A stretch of DNA of 64,000 nt from a virus (lineage: Duplodnaviria > Caudoviricetes): IMG/VR virus record IMGVR_UViG_3300032226_000683, positions 4,568 to 68,567 of that record; one strand, written 5' to 3'. The translations under genes were made by a program, and so were the position numbers. The notes under the pieces are model-generated. The model did not search any database, was not told the DNA's origin, and saw only the letters and a program-made list of their open reading frames with translations. Positions 63,530 through 64,000 of the stretch are shown piece by piece; the stretch's first letter is position 1, and every line of letters begins with the position of its first letter.

Positions 63530-63691
63530 AGAACAAACAAAGATTAGTATCGAAAGTGTTGGAGAGTATTTACTTGTTCTTCACGCTCGTAGGTATGATG
63601 GTGGTATGTTGGTCCGTCTACTCGATGGCCCTCGGTACTTATGTCAAGACCTGCGAAACGATTCAAAAGAAACTATTGATGCGGTGATGAT

Positions 63692-63925
63692 TTAGAAATG
63701 TTCGCCTAGCCACGTTTCGAAGTCATCTAATTTATTCCCGAGTTCCTCAGGGGTGATGATACCCAAGGAACAAGCACGCGCAAATTGCAAAATATCCGTG
63801 ACTTGTTCTGGAAGTATCGCCAACTCTGGGGACTCGGGAATATTTTTTAACACAGTTTCATCCTTCTTCCGATAAGTATACACACAGTTTTGATAATTGA
63901 AAGCGTGACCAGATACGTCAGCCAA
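63692..63925 (-). CDS. Hypothetical protein (convergent)
   Basis: ORF track only; start uncertain. Confidence 0.35.
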   Translation of the reverse strand: MADVSGHAFNYQNCVYTYRKKDETVLKNIPESPELAILPEQVTDILQFARACSLGIITPEELGNKLDDFETWLGEHF

Positions 63926-64000
63926 ATAATATCACGCTTTGTGTTCCTCATTTCCCCAGTTTGTCCCAGCTATATTGACTTGGCAACCCTGCCAGTCAGC

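Noticed and set aside
1-64000. tRNA genes, integrase/att sites, introns/inteins, stop-codon recoding
   Set aside because: No cloverleaf with T-loop consensus or recombinase motifs noticed; terL, PolA and helicase are uninterrupted; all three stop codons terminate genes normally. By-eye scan only.

Overview
This window is a 64-kb segment of a tailed dsDNA bacteriophage genome with podovirus-like gene order. The host is probably diderm, because the lysis cassette has a spanin-like lipoprotein. No integrase, tRNA or CRISPR array was seen. Bases 1-33.3 kb (minus strand) hold the virion module: terminase large subunit, portal, scaffold, major capsid, decoration protein, lysis genes, two fibres, tail nozzle and adaptor, and ejection proteins. 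This module ends in a giant ORF of more than 3,500 aa (10703 to <1) that the ORF track misses because it has no stop codon inside the window. My manual translation of that ORF shows a sigma-70-like segment, a strawberry-notch-type SF2 helicase, a zincin-like EExxH segment and a YHGT ADP-ribosyltransferase-like segment. Bases 33.3-49.9 kb (mostly plus strand) hold replication genes (resolvase, helicase, split Cas4-like exonuclease, SSB, PolA, primase-helicase), envelope and glycan accessory genes, and an iteron/AT-rich origin candidate. Bases 50-64 kb (plus strand) hold many small putative early genes, rIIA/rIIB, a GP88-like protein and an HhH glycosylase, with terS on the minus strand. The main new-system hypothesis is a virion-delivered polyvalent protein carrying its own sigma-like domain, paired with a non-sigma70 AGGGGG-N15-CGTATA motif in front of the first two early genes, while structural and replication genes use TTGAC-type promoters. 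Other highlights are a chimera of a decoration-protein anchor and a tail-fibre tip, a circularly permuted L-type lectin, and a covarying repeated RNA structure in the early region. All family assignments come from motif recognition by eye; no searches were run.
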